This document shows positions 1 to 9,554 of a stretch of DNA of 64,000 nucleotides, piece after piece. Origin of the DNA: Fibrobacteria bacterium (lineage in GTDB: Bacteria > Fibrobacterota > Chitinivibrionia > Chitinivibrionales > FEN-1185); the NCBI GenBank assembly GCA_037447435.1, contig JBBIGR010000003.1, forward strand, positions 140,443 through 204,442, read 5' to 3'. Within the stretch, counting starts at the first letter, position 1. Each line of letters opens with the position of its first letter. The position numbers were made by a program, and so were the translations under genes. A model generated the notes under the pieces. It made no database searches and was not told where the DNA came from. It saw only the letters and a list, made by a program, of their open reading frames with translations.

Positions 1-177
1 ACCAATTCGAATTACGCAGGTTTTCAAACAAGAATCGGGTATTTTGGCGCCAGAATGTCGGCCATGGGTATTACGTATTACATTACCGGCGGAATAACCT
101 GGAATACGGCTTCCCTGAATTCTTCAAAGAAAAATGTGTATTATAATTTCGTACCGGCATTGATTCCTGTAAATTGA
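1..177 (+). CDS. 3' fragment of an unknown gene running in from the window edge
   Basis: Frame 1 is open from base 1 to TGA at 175-177 (TNSNYAGFQTRIGYFG...FVPALIPVN*) and is followed by a hairpin shared with the convergent lysC. Confidence 0.5.
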   Translation, partial: TNSNYAGFQTRIGYFGARMSAMGITYYITGGITWNTASLNSSKKNVYYNFVPALIPVN

Positions 178-207
178 AAACAAGTCTTGCGGATGAGAGG
201 AATGGAT

Positions 208-239
208 AAAAAAAGAAAAGGCCTTAGCGGCCTTTTCTT
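208..239. terminator. Intrinsic terminator, probably bidirectional
   Basis: AAGAAAAGGCC-ttagc-GGCCTTTTCTT stem with an adjacent A run, between convergent ORFs. Confidence 0.8.
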
Positions 240-258
240 ATCGTCATTTTAAAAACCG

Positions 259-1620
259 TTACTTGAAAAATTCATCGTACAATGCAGCTACCGCTTTCTT
301 TTCGTCCGAGGCGTCGATGCCGAATATCATGCTGATTTCCGAGCTGCCCTGATTGCACATCTTAATGTTGACATTTGCCTTAGACAACGCGGCTGCGGAT
401 TGCGAAAGCACTCCGATTTTATGCATGAGTCCTTCGCCGACAACCGCGACGAGGGCAATGCCGAATTCCACCTTAATGTCGTCGGGTTTCAAACTTTCTT
501 CTATGGTACGAATGATGTTGTTAACGTCTTCGGGGCGTAACTGGTTTTGGTCGAGGATAATGGAAATATTGTCCACGCCCGACGGACAATGTTCATATGA
601 AAAGTTAAGGTCTTCGAAAATCGACAATAACCGACGTCCGAACCCTTTTTCACGGTTCATGAGGAATTTTTGCAGGGTGAAGCTGCAATAACCGCCGCCA
701 GAGGCAATGCCGGTGACATCGCGTTGGCTGGGCAACCGCTCGGAAACAATGAGCGTTCCCGTGTTGTCGAGATTGAAGGTATTGCGCAAACGGATTGGGA
801 TTTTCTTTCGCATCACCGGTCGTACCGCTTCTTCGTGCAAAACATTAAAACCGATATACGATAATTCGCGCATTTCCTTGTAAGTGAGAGCAGGGATGCG
901 GACCGGCGCCTCGACCGTATTGGGATTGGCGCTAAAAATGCCGTCGACATCGGTAAAGTTTTCATATTCCACCGCATCAATAGCCTCGGCCAAAATGGAT
1001 CCTGTAAGGTCGGAGCCGCCGCGGGAAAATGTCGCAGTGTCGCCGTCTTCGGTAATGCCGAAAAAACCCGGGAATACGACGATGTTTTCGGCGCAGATTT
1101 TTTTCAGAACCGCCAGGCGTAATTCAACTTCGTCAATTGGCTGGGCGTCACCGAAAACCGGTGTCACGATGAGCCCTGCTTCTTTGGGAGACACGTACGT
1201 AGCTTTCTTTCCAAGATGTTTGAGATATTCTGCAAACAAGCGTGCGTTGATGTCTTCGCCGGCGGCAACAACCAGGTCGCGAAACTTGCCGCTATGGTCT
1301 TTTGCAGACGAAAGCCGTTTGTCGAAATCTTCAAGTACCGGTTCGATAACTTCCTTTTTTACACCCAGGGGTTCGTAAATTTCCCTATACCGGTTTTTTA
1401 CGATGGTCACTTCTTCGACATATGGTTCCCCCTTAAGGGCTTTTTGCGTTGCCTTAATCAGCATGTCGGTGACCTTGACCGTCACGCCTTTGGCTTTGCC
1501 CGGGGCAGACACAACCACCAATCGGCGATTGGCGTTCTTATCCAAAATGTGGGCGATTTGTTGTATCGTTTCCTTGGTGGCGACGGATGTCCCGCCAAAT
1601 TTACATACAATAATGTCCAT
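259..1620 (-). CDS. lysC: Aspartate kinase with C-terminal ACT domains
   Basis: KFGGTSV, VVSAPGK, TFSRGGSDLTG, TDVDGIFSANP, QGSSEISM. Confidence 0.95.
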   Translation of the reverse strand: MDIIVCKFGGTSVATKETIQQIAHILDKNANRRLVVVSAPGKAKGVTVKVTDMLIKATQKALKGEPYVEEVTIVKNRYREIYEPLGVKKEVIEPVLEDFDKRLSSAKDHSGKFRDLVVAAGEDINARLFAEYLKHLGKKATYVSPKEAGLIVTPVFGDAQPIDEVELRLAVLKKICAENIVVFPGFFGITEDGDTATFSRGGSDLTGSILAEAIDAVEYENFTDVDGIFSANPNTVEAPVRIPALTYKEMRELSYIGFNVLHEEAVRPVMRKKIPIRLRNTFNLDNTGTLIVSERLPSQRDVTGIASGGGYCSFTLQKFLMNREKGFGRRLLSIFEDLNFSYEHCPSGVDNISIILDQNQLRPEDVNNIIRTIEESLKPDDIKVEFGIALVAVVGEGLMHKIGVLSQSAAALSKANVNIKMCNQGSSEISMIFGIDASDEKKAVAALYDEFFK

Positions 1621-1635
1621 GAATCATTCTCCGCG

Positions 1636-2487
1636 TTATAATGGTGAAGCCTGAAACGAATTTTTCTTTCTGTACGAGCCAGGCGTATGCGAGGCATAAT
1701 GTTTAAAAGCGCGCGTAAAGGAATTTGCATTCGGGTAACCGACGATTGTAGCAATATCGCAAATGGACTTTTGAGATTCTTCGAGCAGGTATTTTGCGTG
1801 GTCCATTCGAACATCGGTCAGATATTTGTACAGCGTTTTTCCCGTTTCTTTTGTAAAAATAATGTTCAGATAGTTAATGTCGACGCCGCATTCCTTAGAA
1901 AGCGCTTCCTGGTGATGGAACGAGGAATAATTCGTTTTCATGAAATTCTTGGCTTTTGCAACAAGACTTTTTTGCTTGTTTTTAGGAAATTGGCTTTCTT
2001 CGATGACCAAAATTCCTTTTTTAAACAATACGACAAGTATTTCAAGGATGCGGGAAATCGTTGCCAGGCCGAGCATTTCCTTATTGCCGCAAATAACCTG
2101 GATGCAATCGAAAATAAGATTTTCAAAATAGAGTTTTTCGTTTTCGGCCAAAACGATTTTTCCTTCGACTTCGGAATTCCAATAACATTTTGCCTGTTGA
2201 GAGGGGAGCAGAACGAAATCCATCATGAAGCATTCAAACGGTCCTCGTTGATGCATATACGTATGACGTTCGCCGTGATCCATGATACCCAGGTGACCCG
2301 GCCTCGAATTCCCAAATGTGCTTCGTGTGGCGTTTTGTATAATACCCATGCCGTCGACTTGATACCAAAGCCGATAGCTGTCTTGCTGAAATCGAAGCAG
2401 GGTTTCGTTGGTTCCCGTCGGCATATTCATATTGCGAAGGTAATCGATGGACTTGATAATGATTTTCATCTTAGGAAGTTCGATCAC
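1636..2487 (-). CDS. AraC family transcriptional regulator
   Basis: C-terminal AraC HTH (YLTDVRMDHAKYLL...IATIVGYPNANSFTRAFKH). Start uncertain: GTG 2487 or ATG 2469; the ORF is open to 2616. Confidence 0.88.
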   Translation of the reverse strand: MIELPKMKIIIKSIDYLRNMNMPTGTNETLLRFQQDSYRLWYQVDGMGIIQNATRSTFGNSRPGHLGIMDHGERHTYMHQRGPFECFMMDFVLLPSQQAKCYWNSEVEGKIVLAENEKLYFENLIFDCIQVICGNKEMLGLATISRILEILVVLFKKGILVIEESQFPKNKQKSLVAKAKNFMKTNYSSFHHQEALSKECGVDINYLNIIFTKETGKTLYKYLTDVRMDHAKYLLEESQKSICDIATIVGYPNANSFTRAFKHYASHTPGSYRKKNSFQASPL

Positions 2488-2729
2488 CGCACCATTGGGT
2501 ACCCATGTAGCCAAATTAGCAAAAGTCTCAAACCCCTTTAAGCGAGGATGTTGGACTATGCTTGAAGCTGCAAATTGCGACAAAATTTCGTGACGAGTAG
2601 GAAACATAGCCCACAAAATACATGATACCCTGCAAACGGCAAATACTGGAATTTTCGAAATAGCTATTTTTTTGTTTTAGCAAAAAATGTGCAGGGCAAA
2701 CGTCGGTGTTTCCTTGGCATTTTGGTTTG

Positions 2730-3011
2730 CTACCAAAGGATTTTTACCAATCCGAGAGTGAAGGCCGCGAGCAAAATCGCTCCGATAATCGCGGTTAAGC
2801 CAAGGCCTCTCTTTTGCTGCTTTGCCGATGAGGGGAACTCATTTCGAACGAGTTCATCGTAATCGATTTCATCACCGACATCTATGCCGTCAAGATATGT
2901 CCGGTCCGACCAGCCGCTTCGTTCATCCGCACCGCAATGAGGACAGGCCAATGCGCTGACAGAAACGAGGCCGTTGCAAACAGGGCAAATAAAGGTCTTG
3001 TTGGTTCTCAT
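2730..3011 (-). CDS. Small zinc-ribbon protein with C-terminal TM helix
   Basis: CPVC...CPHC followed by a hydrophobic C-terminus. Confidence 0.75.
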   Translation of the reverse strand: MRTNKTFICPVCNGLVSVSALACPHCGADERSGWSDRTYLDGIDVGDEIDYDELVRNEFPSSAKQQKRGLGLTAIIGAILLAAFTLGLVKILW

Positions 3012-3015
3012 ACTA

Positions 3016-3480
3016 TTAAGGCTTTGTTTTCATCATTAAGATTTCGTCCACACCGGGTTTATAAAGGTCGGCGAGTTTCGATACTTCCACATACCCGTTA
3101 TTACTATAAAATCGTTGTGCATCGGTATTAAAAGCCGAAACGGTACAAAAGACTCTTGATGCAATGAAAAAACCGTTTCGTTCAAAATGGCCGATAAGTT
3201 CTTTTCCTATATGAAGATTGCGATAGTTGGGTTTGACAGCTAAAAGCCTTAAATAGGAAAATCGGCAAAACATGCCTTTTGCAGTTGCCCAATAAAATCC
3301 CGCTACCACCTCATCGGGAACAATTGCGACGAAAACTTCATTGTTGTCTATACCCGACTTGATAAGGCGCAAAGTATAATCGCTATCGTTGAAATATTTT
3401 GTCTGAATTCCGGATTGCGATAAAGCCTCCGCGCATTCATCGAGCATTTTGAGGTTTGCTTGAACTATTTGTATCTGCAT
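3016..3480 (-). CDS. GNAT family N-acetyltransferase
   Basis: LAVKPNYRNLHIGKELI (motif A) and NTDAQRFYSNNGY. Confidence 0.88.
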   Translation of the reverse strand: MQIQIVQANLKMLDECAEALSQSGIQTKYFNDSDYTLRLIKSGIDNNEVFVAIVPDEVVAGFYWATAKGMFCRFSYLRLLAVKPNYRNLHIGKELIGHFERNGFFIASRVFCTVSAFNTDAQRFYSNNGYVEVSKLADLYKPGVDEILMMKTKP

Positions 3481-3732
3481 TTTATTCCCACAATGAGGAC
3501 TGCATTAGATTATAATACGGTCGCTCGATTAAAAGGTTTTAAAGTATTTCCGGTAGATTAAATATGGCAAAATCCATGACTTTTTACAACAATCAAATAA
3601 AAAACAATTTATATCGAATATCTGTTTTTCCTTCAATTGTAACAAGGAGCGAGAGGAATTATTTTCCATACTGAGATATTTCATATAAGTATCGCGAAAC
3701 GAGACGACAGCGAGCTTTCAAAAAGGGTATTA

Positions 3733-5175
3733 ATGGACAACACACAAAAGGTTTTATTCATCGAGCCGCCTCCGACATTGACCTGGTCTGTGGATTCACG
3801 GATTTCAAAAGCCGGCCGCCGGCATCCGTGTTTAAATGAAACCGGCGAACAGGTATACAGTTATCAAAATCTTTCCTGTGCTGCAATACTTCGCAACACG
3901 GGCTTTTCCGTCGAATATCTGCATTGTCCGACGGCGCGGCTCGACATGAGTATGACGAAGGCAGAAGTAGACAAAAGGAAACCGCTTGCCGTCGTCATTT
4001 TAGTGGAGCATATCAATGCGCCGGTTGCTTGGGAAGTGAGCCGTCATGCAAAAGACCGGGGCGCGCTGGTGATTTGGGTCGGGCCGTTTGTGACTGCCCT
4101 GCATGAAAATGAAATCAAACGCAATTGCGTTGATTATATCGTTCGCAAAGAATGGGACTACACGGTCGGAATGGTCATCGATGCGCATTCCCATCAAAAA
4201 GACATGGCCGCAGTATCGGGCGTTACCTGGAAAGATCGGGAGGGTATCGTTCACGTCAATCCCGACAGTACCGCCGTCATCGATGTGGAACAGTTGCCCG
4301 TTCCTGCTTATGATTTACTTGATTTAAGTAAGTTTTACGAAAGCGTTTTCGTCGCGTTCCCTGCGGCGACAATGATCACTTCCCGCGGCTGTCCGTTCCA
4401 TTGCATTTTTTGTTCCTATCCGCAAACCATTTACGGCCATGCCTACAGGGCGATGTCGCCCAAACGGGTCGTAGACGAAATTGCGTATCTTGTACACGAT
4501 CTCGGTGTCAAGGAAATCCGTATCGACGACGATACGTTCAACATCGACAAACAACGCGTTATCGATATATGTAAATTGCTGATAGAACGGAACATAAAGG
4601 TCATTTATTCGATACAAGCCAGGGCGCAGCTCATGACCGACGAAATGGCCTATTGGCTAAAAAAATCAGGCTGTCGCATGGTACTATACGGCGTAGAATC
4701 CGGCAACGACGAGGTCTTGAAGCACATGCGTAAAAACACCACCAAAGACGAAATACGGCGCGGCGTTGCCATTGCAAAAAAACACGGGCTTGACGTCCTT
4801 AATTGCATCATGCTCGGTTTTTTCTGGGATACAAAAGAAACGGTTGAAGAATCCTTAAAATTCGCTTTCGAACTCAATGCCGAATTTACCCAGGTTTCCG
4901 CACCCACTCCTTTGCCCGGTACGGATTATTACAAATTACTCAAGGAAAACAATTGCCTGCTGACCGAAGACTGGGACAAGCACGACAGCGTACACCATTC
5001 GGCGGTTGCATTGCCTAAAATGACAAATGAGGAAATCAACCAGTATCTATCGACATTCTACCGGAGATATTATCGCCGCCCCAAATATCTTTTGATGATG
5101 GTCATGAGGTCGTTTCGGTCGTGGGGAAATTTTACCCAGAGTCTTCGCAAATTTTCGGTGATATTCACAAAATAG
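3733..5175 (+). CDS. B12-binding-domain radical SAM protein
   Basis: TSRGCPFHCIFC (CxxxCxxC), IDDDTF, GVESGN, TPLPGT; N-terminal cobalamin-binding-like region. Confidence 0.9.
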   Translation: MDNTQKVLFIEPPPTLTWSVDSRISKAGRRHPCLNETGEQVYSYQNLSCAAILRNTGFSVEYLHCPTARLDMSMTKAEVDKRKPLAVVILVEHINAPVAWEVSRHAKDRGALVIWVGPFVTALHENEIKRNCVDYIVRKEWDYTVGMVIDAHSHQKDMAAVSGVTWKDREGIVHVNPDSTAVIDVEQLPVPAYDLLDLSKFYESVFVAFPAATMITSRGCPFHCIFCSYPQTIYGHAYRAMSPKRVVDEIAYLVHDLGVKEIRIDDDTFNIDKQRVIDICKLLIERNIKVIYSIQARAQLMTDEMAYWLKKSGCRMVLYGVESGNDEVLKHMRKNTTKDEIRRGVAIAKKHGLDVLNCIMLGFFWDTKETVEESLKFAFELNAEFTQVSAPTPLPGTDYYKLLKENNCLLTEDWDKHDSVHHSAVALPKMTNEEINQYLSTFYRRYYRRPKYLLMMVMRSFRSWGNFTQSLRKFSVIFTK

Positions 5176-5195
5176 AATTGTCGGGTTTGGGTAGA

Positions 5196-5223
5196 GTAGA
5201 GACGCACTATAGTGCGTCTCTAC
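5196..5223. repeat. REP-like 28-bp perfect palindrome
   Basis: GTAGAGACGCACTA|TAGTGCGTCTCTAC; GTAG-type end; related copies at 11571-11653. Confidence 0.8.
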
Positions 5224-5266
5224 ATATTTTATATCCCGGCGGTATATCCCATCCCGCATCGCAATT

Positions 5267-6709
5267 TCATTTTTCATCCCGGATTTTTATAAATCCCATT
5301 AATATCATCGCCGGAATTGTCGTGAAAAATCCGATCAAAAACAAATTCATGTACCCCATTTTTTCAACGATAATGCCGCCGAAGCCCCCGAAAACGGTAG
5401 AAAAAATTGACATGAACGCCGAGCCTATTGCATAGTGGCCGGCCTTGAATTCCTTTTTGCAGGTTTGCAAAATATAAACGATCAACGATGCATTTCCTAA
5501 ACCTGCGGCAAGTTGTTCGTAACAATAAACACTGCCGATCGTAAGCAACCCTGATGTCGTGGTCGCGAGCGGCCTGTGCCAGGCAAGCCAGACATAGGCA
5601 AGGATATTGAGATTCATGGTCAAGGTGAGAGGCCAAATTGCCTTTTTTAGCCCTGTTTTCTTTATCCATAACCCGCCGATTGTGGTACCTGCAATCGAAC
5701 CCAAAAGACCGACCAAACCGCTCAGCCATGCAAGTTGGATATTTGAAACAAGAAGGAATCGTTTCAAAAATGGGGTTCCCATTGAAAAAATCACTTCATC
5801 ACCGATTTTGTAAAAAATTATAAATACCAGACTCAAAGCTATGCCGGGTTTTGCCTGACCAACTAAAACCGCCAACAAGCCGAATAAGCCGAACGCCAGT
5901 GCCTGTATCGGGTCATGCTTGACAAGCGTTACGGTTATAAACACGGCCAGTCCCCCCAAAAGTCCGCTGACAAGTGCGACACCCGATCGTTTTTGAGATA
6001 TTTCCAAATATGAGGCAAAAGAGGTCATGAAATCGTTTATCACGGTCTTGACATCGGCGGAAACCTTTTTTGCGGTTTCGAATACAGGCAATGAAAAACA
6101 ATGATACAAAGCGAATATTCCCATGGTGATTGACGCTGCGGCAAATCCATAGCCCCAGGCATTATACATGTTGAGTGCAGATGCTTTTTTCGCCATAGTC
6201 CCAACACTGAAAATGATCCCGAATTTCGCAACAACCAGGGCGAGTCGATAGGCAAATACCCGGTATCCCGTATATGCAGCCTGTTCCTTGGCTTCGGTGA
6301 TGCCTTCCATATAATAGCCGTCAATGACAATGTCGTTTGTCGCAGACAAAAAGGCTAACGCAATAAAGAGGAAAACCAAAATCGAGGTGGAAACTGTGGG
6401 GTCGGCACTTTTACTTGCTGTAAAGCATAATACCGATACCCCGGCAGTCAATATCGTTATGATGATCTGGACCAAGGCCATCCAGCCCTTTTTACTTCCA
6501 AAAATATCGACCAGCGGTGCCCAGAGGAACTTGAGGTTCCAGGGAATGCCGAGAAAATTCAAATACCCTAGATATCGTTCCTTCATGCCGATGTCGGTAA
6601 AAAAAACGGATGACATCATTCTGACAATACCGAATGGAAACCCTTCGGCAAAGTATGTGGTAAAACACCAAAATGAGGGCTTTGAGAAAAGAGATTTTTT
6701 TTCGGGCAT
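5267..6709 (-). CDS. ampG: AmpG-like MFS muropeptide permease
   Basis: YFAEGFP, PWNLKFLWAPLVD, SATNDIVIDGYY; many TM helices. Confidence 0.85.
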   Translation of the reverse strand: MPEKKSLFSKPSFWCFTTYFAEGFPFGIVRMMSSVFFTDIGMKERYLGYLNFLGIPWNLKFLWAPLVDIFGSKKGWMALVQIIITILTAGVSVLCFTASKSADPTVSTSILVFLFIALAFLSATNDIVIDGYYMEGITEAKEQAAYTGYRVFAYRLALVVAKFGIIFSVGTMAKKASALNMYNAWGYGFAAASITMGIFALYHCFSLPVFETAKKVSADVKTVINDFMTSFASYLEISQKRSGVALVSGLLGGLAVFITVTLVKHDPIQALAFGLFGLLAVLVGQAKPGIALSLVFIIFYKIGDEVIFSMGTPFLKRFLLVSNIQLAWLSGLVGLLGSIAGTTIGGLWIKKTGLKKAIWPLTLTMNLNILAYVWLAWHRPLATTTSGLLTIGSVYCYEQLAAGLGNASLIVYILQTCKKEFKAGHYAIGSAFMSIFSTVFGGFGGIIVEKMGYMNLFLIGFFTTIPAMILMGFIKIRDEK

Positions 6710-6968
6710 TGTCTAAAAATAACCATTACCCTTCGGCTGACAATACCATTTTTTTGTGGAATTATTATGTTTACTGGAAATGTCGTTATTTTTGCTAGTT
6801 TTATGCAATTTTCTAGCTAAGATGTGTTTACTGAAAATATGTAATTAAATTTGCGCATAAGCAAAATTTTGCTTATATTAGCTCGTAGACAAGTGCCCTG
6901 CAAAATCAGAAATTAGCAATAAACAGTCATTTCTATTATTTAAAATCACTTTTTTAAGGGGAAGTTTG

Positions 6969-8306
6969 ATGCGAAAAAAGGCTTTTGTATGCGGTATTCG
7001 TCACTATCGGCGTATTGCCGTTGTTGTTTTTGGATTAGGTTTCATGGTTCAATCAACGGTGTGTGCGCAAGGTTTGGCAGCATGGGCAAACAATAAAAGA
7101 ATTATCATGAATACGAGTTCTACAGGTGCGAATATTGCCGGTGATGTAAAGGGCTTTCCTGTGCCCGTTATTCTTACTTCTGCAAATTTCGATTTTTCCC
7201 AGGCAAAAACAAACGGGGAAGACATTCGTTTTACCGATGCGTCGGGAAATTCGCTTCCCTATCAAATTGAGTCATGGGACGCGGTGGGAAAAAAAGCGGC
7301 AATTTGGGTACGGTCCGACGTAAAGGCAAACGACAATACGCAATATCTCGTCATGTATTGGGGAAACGCGTCGGCGGCCGGTGAAAGCGACGGGAAAAAA
7401 GTGTTTACTTTGGAAGATGGTTGGGTAGGTGTGTGGCATATGAGCGAAGCCGGGAACATCGTTGCCGGCGGTTATAAAGACGCAACGCCGAACCAGGCGG
7501 ATGCGACAGGGTTCAATTTCACCGCGACAAACACTGCCGACGGCAGAATCGGAAAATGCCCGGAATTCAAATATGCTAGCAAGCGGTATCTTACCGTAGA
7601 CGCGCCCAAGAAGTCTTTGTTCGATTTGACAAGTAAGATGACTTTTTCCATCTGGGTAAAAGCGACAAGCTATCCCACAGAATACATTACTATGTTTGCA
7701 AAAGGCGACGATTCCTGGCGCGTTCAAATGTACGGTATCTATTCCTGGGGCGACAATAACAATAAGTACATAACGGAAATGTGCGTGGAAAACGGGGGCG
7801 GAGACGATTGCCTGGAACATCGCAAAGCAGGGGTGGAACTTAAACCGAACGAATGGAACTTACTCACCATTGTGCACGATAACCCGAAAGTCACATATTA
7901 TGTCAATACCGTGGATACGACTGCGACGAAAAGCGGAACCTGGACGTCCAATCCGCAATGGCCTGTCGGAATTGGTTGCCAAACGCAAGGATCCCCGAAT
8001 CGTTTTTACGACGGCTATTTGGACGAGGCGCGGGTTTTGAATGTTCCCAAAGACAAAAACTGGGTCAAATTAAATTACGAAAGCCAAAGGGAAGGCGGAA
8101 AGTTCCTTGAATTTGGCACAGCCACCGGTATCGGCGCCTTCGCTACACGGGGCGTGAGCCAGTTACGCGGCAAATTTAACTCTGTCAATCGATACGATGT
8201 TCGCGGATGCGTCATAAAAGGAATTACGCCTATGGGTGTCTATGTGGAGCGGCTCGTTGGTCCCTTAGGGCAAAGTATCACTCGAACCTGTACAAAAATT
8301 CCTTAG
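6969..8306 (+). CDS. Secreted DUF2341 + LamG/ConA-like protein with short C-terminal sorting-like tail
   Basis: Signal peptide; DIRFTD..LPYQIESWD..YWGN (DUF2341); TFSIWVK..YDGYLDEAR (LamG); tail RYDVRG..GVYV. Confidence 0.8.
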   Translation: MRKKAFVCGIRHYRRIAVVVFGLGFMVQSTVCAQGLAAWANNKRIIMNTSSTGANIAGDVKGFPVPVILTSANFDFSQAKTNGEDIRFTDASGNSLPYQIESWDAVGKKAAIWVRSDVKANDNTQYLVMYWGNASAAGESDGKKVFTLEDGWVGVWHMSEAGNIVAGGYKDATPNQADATGFNFTATNTADGRIGKCPEFKYASKRYLTVDAPKKSLFDLTSKMTFSIWVKATSYPTEYITMFAKGDDSWRVQMYGIYSWGDNNNKYITEMCVENGGGDDCLEHRKAGVELKPNEWNLLTIVHDNPKVTYYVNTVDTTATKSGTWTSNPQWPVGIGCQTQGSPNRFYDGYLDEARVLNVPKDKNWVKLNYESQREGGKFLEFGTATGIGAFATRGVSQLRGKFNSVNRYDVRGCVIKGITPMGVYVERLVGPLGQSITRTCTKIP

Positions 8307-8346
8307 TGGTATAAACCAGCGCGACGAGGTAGGACCGTCCTTGTCA

Positions 8347-8378
8347 ATAAAAAAGCCCGCAATTGCGGGCTTTTTTAT
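8347..8378. terminator. Bidirectional intrinsic terminator
   Basis: ATAAAAAAGCCCGC-aatt-GCGGGCTTTTTTAT between convergent genes. Confidence 0.9.
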
Positions 8379-8401
8379 CGGCTAACTTATTATGCACTAA
8401 A

Positions 8402-9442
8402 TTACTTGGCAATGAAAATATCGGGCCAGCGGTCGTTTCCGGTGTGGAAGGTGAGACGGGTTGCTGTCTTCTGGTCTGTTCCTATTTTCCATAAGTAAAT
8501 TTCGTAATCGACGATGTCGTGTTCGTGGCCGTATTGTGTCGCTCCCCAAACCATGTATTGGCCGTCCGGGCTGATTTGCGGGAAATATTCATGCGAGCGG
8601 CGGCCGGGAAGGTCCATGAAACGGAATTTCTTGTCGATGCCGAGCCCGCCGGGGACCGCGACCGGTTTGCCGTTTTCATCGATATCAAAGACAAGAACTT
8701 CGGTGCTGCCGTTGCCCTGGCCTTCATTCATACGGATGACACGTTTACCATTGGGAAACCAGGAAACTTCACAGCCGCCACCCAGAAAATACCCTTCGTT
8801 TTTGGCAAAGTTCCAGATAACCGTATTGCGGGAGGTGCCGCGCAAGGTCATTGCAAGGGACTTGCCGTCCGGCGACATTTCCGGTTGCTGGGCAAACGTG
8901 TTTTTCTTATACGCTTTTTCAGCATCAAAAATTTCTTTTTCTTCTTTTGTCGTTAAATTCTTTGTAAACACTTTCGATCCCCGGGCAAAAACGATTTCAT
9001 TGCCCGACGGCCGCCAAGTGCCCCATACGGCATTTTCCGCAACTTTCGTTTCGCCGGTTCCGTCGATCTTGATCGTCCATATATCCCATTTCTCGAACAT
9101 TTCAGCATCGTTTTCAGGGACAAAGCCCATTTTACTTCTTGTAAACAAAACGGTCTGGCCGTCCGGCGAAATACGAGGAAACCAATCAACGTTATTGGGG
9201 CTGACCGTAAGGGGTTTTTGGTCGGTACCATCGGCATTCATGATCCAAATATCGTGCTTTGTATTGGCGCGCGATGTCGACCATACGATTTTGCCTTTTA
9301 TTGTTCCTTTTAACGCGTCCAGAGCCTTCTGTTCCGCTTTTTCCGGGGAGACCGCTGCGCCAAGAGGCGCTTCCTGGCCGAAGGCAATAAATGATAGAGA
9401 AACAAGAGCCGAGCAGGCGAGCATACCGAATCTTTTCAACAT
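8402..9442 (-). CDS. TolB-like (PD40) beta-propeller exported protein
   Basis: Signal peptide; DIWIMNADGT, PRISPDG, PEMSPDG, PQISPDG, RLTFHTGNDRWP. Confidence 0.85.
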   Translation of the reverse strand: MLKRFGMLACSALVSLSFIAFGQEAPLGAAVSPEKAEQKALDALKGTIKGKIVWSTSRANTKHDIWIMNADGTDQKPLTVSPNNVDWFPRISPDGQTVLFTRSKMGFVPENDAEMFEKWDIWTIKIDGTGETKVAENAVWGTWRPSGNEIVFARGSKVFTKNLTTKEEKEIFDAEKAYKKNTFAQQPEMSPDGKSLAMTLRGTSRNTVIWNFAKNEGYFLGGGCEVSWFPNGKRVIRMNEGQGNGSTEVLVFDIDENGKPVAVPGGLGIDKKFRFMDLPGRRSHEYFPQISPDGQYMVWGATQYGHEHDIVDYEIYLWKIGTDQKTATRLTFHTGNDRWPDIFIAK

Positions 9443-9554
9443 GGAAACCTCGCTTCTATTAAAACAAGTTTAAGATTAATAATTAAAGATTAAAAAGTAA
9501 AAATTAAAGATAATCTTGAATCTTTAATTTTGAATTCGTATTCACGAGTGAAAT

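Noticed and set aside
6824..6840. GTGTTT-N5-AAATAT upstream of the DUF2341 gene as a motif copy
   Set aside because: Four mismatches in AT-rich DNA and no downstream GAATAC; needs a PWM score
8514..9473. Long antisense ORFs such as 8514-9473 and 1687-2541
   Set aside because: Shadows of well-supported genes on the opposite strand
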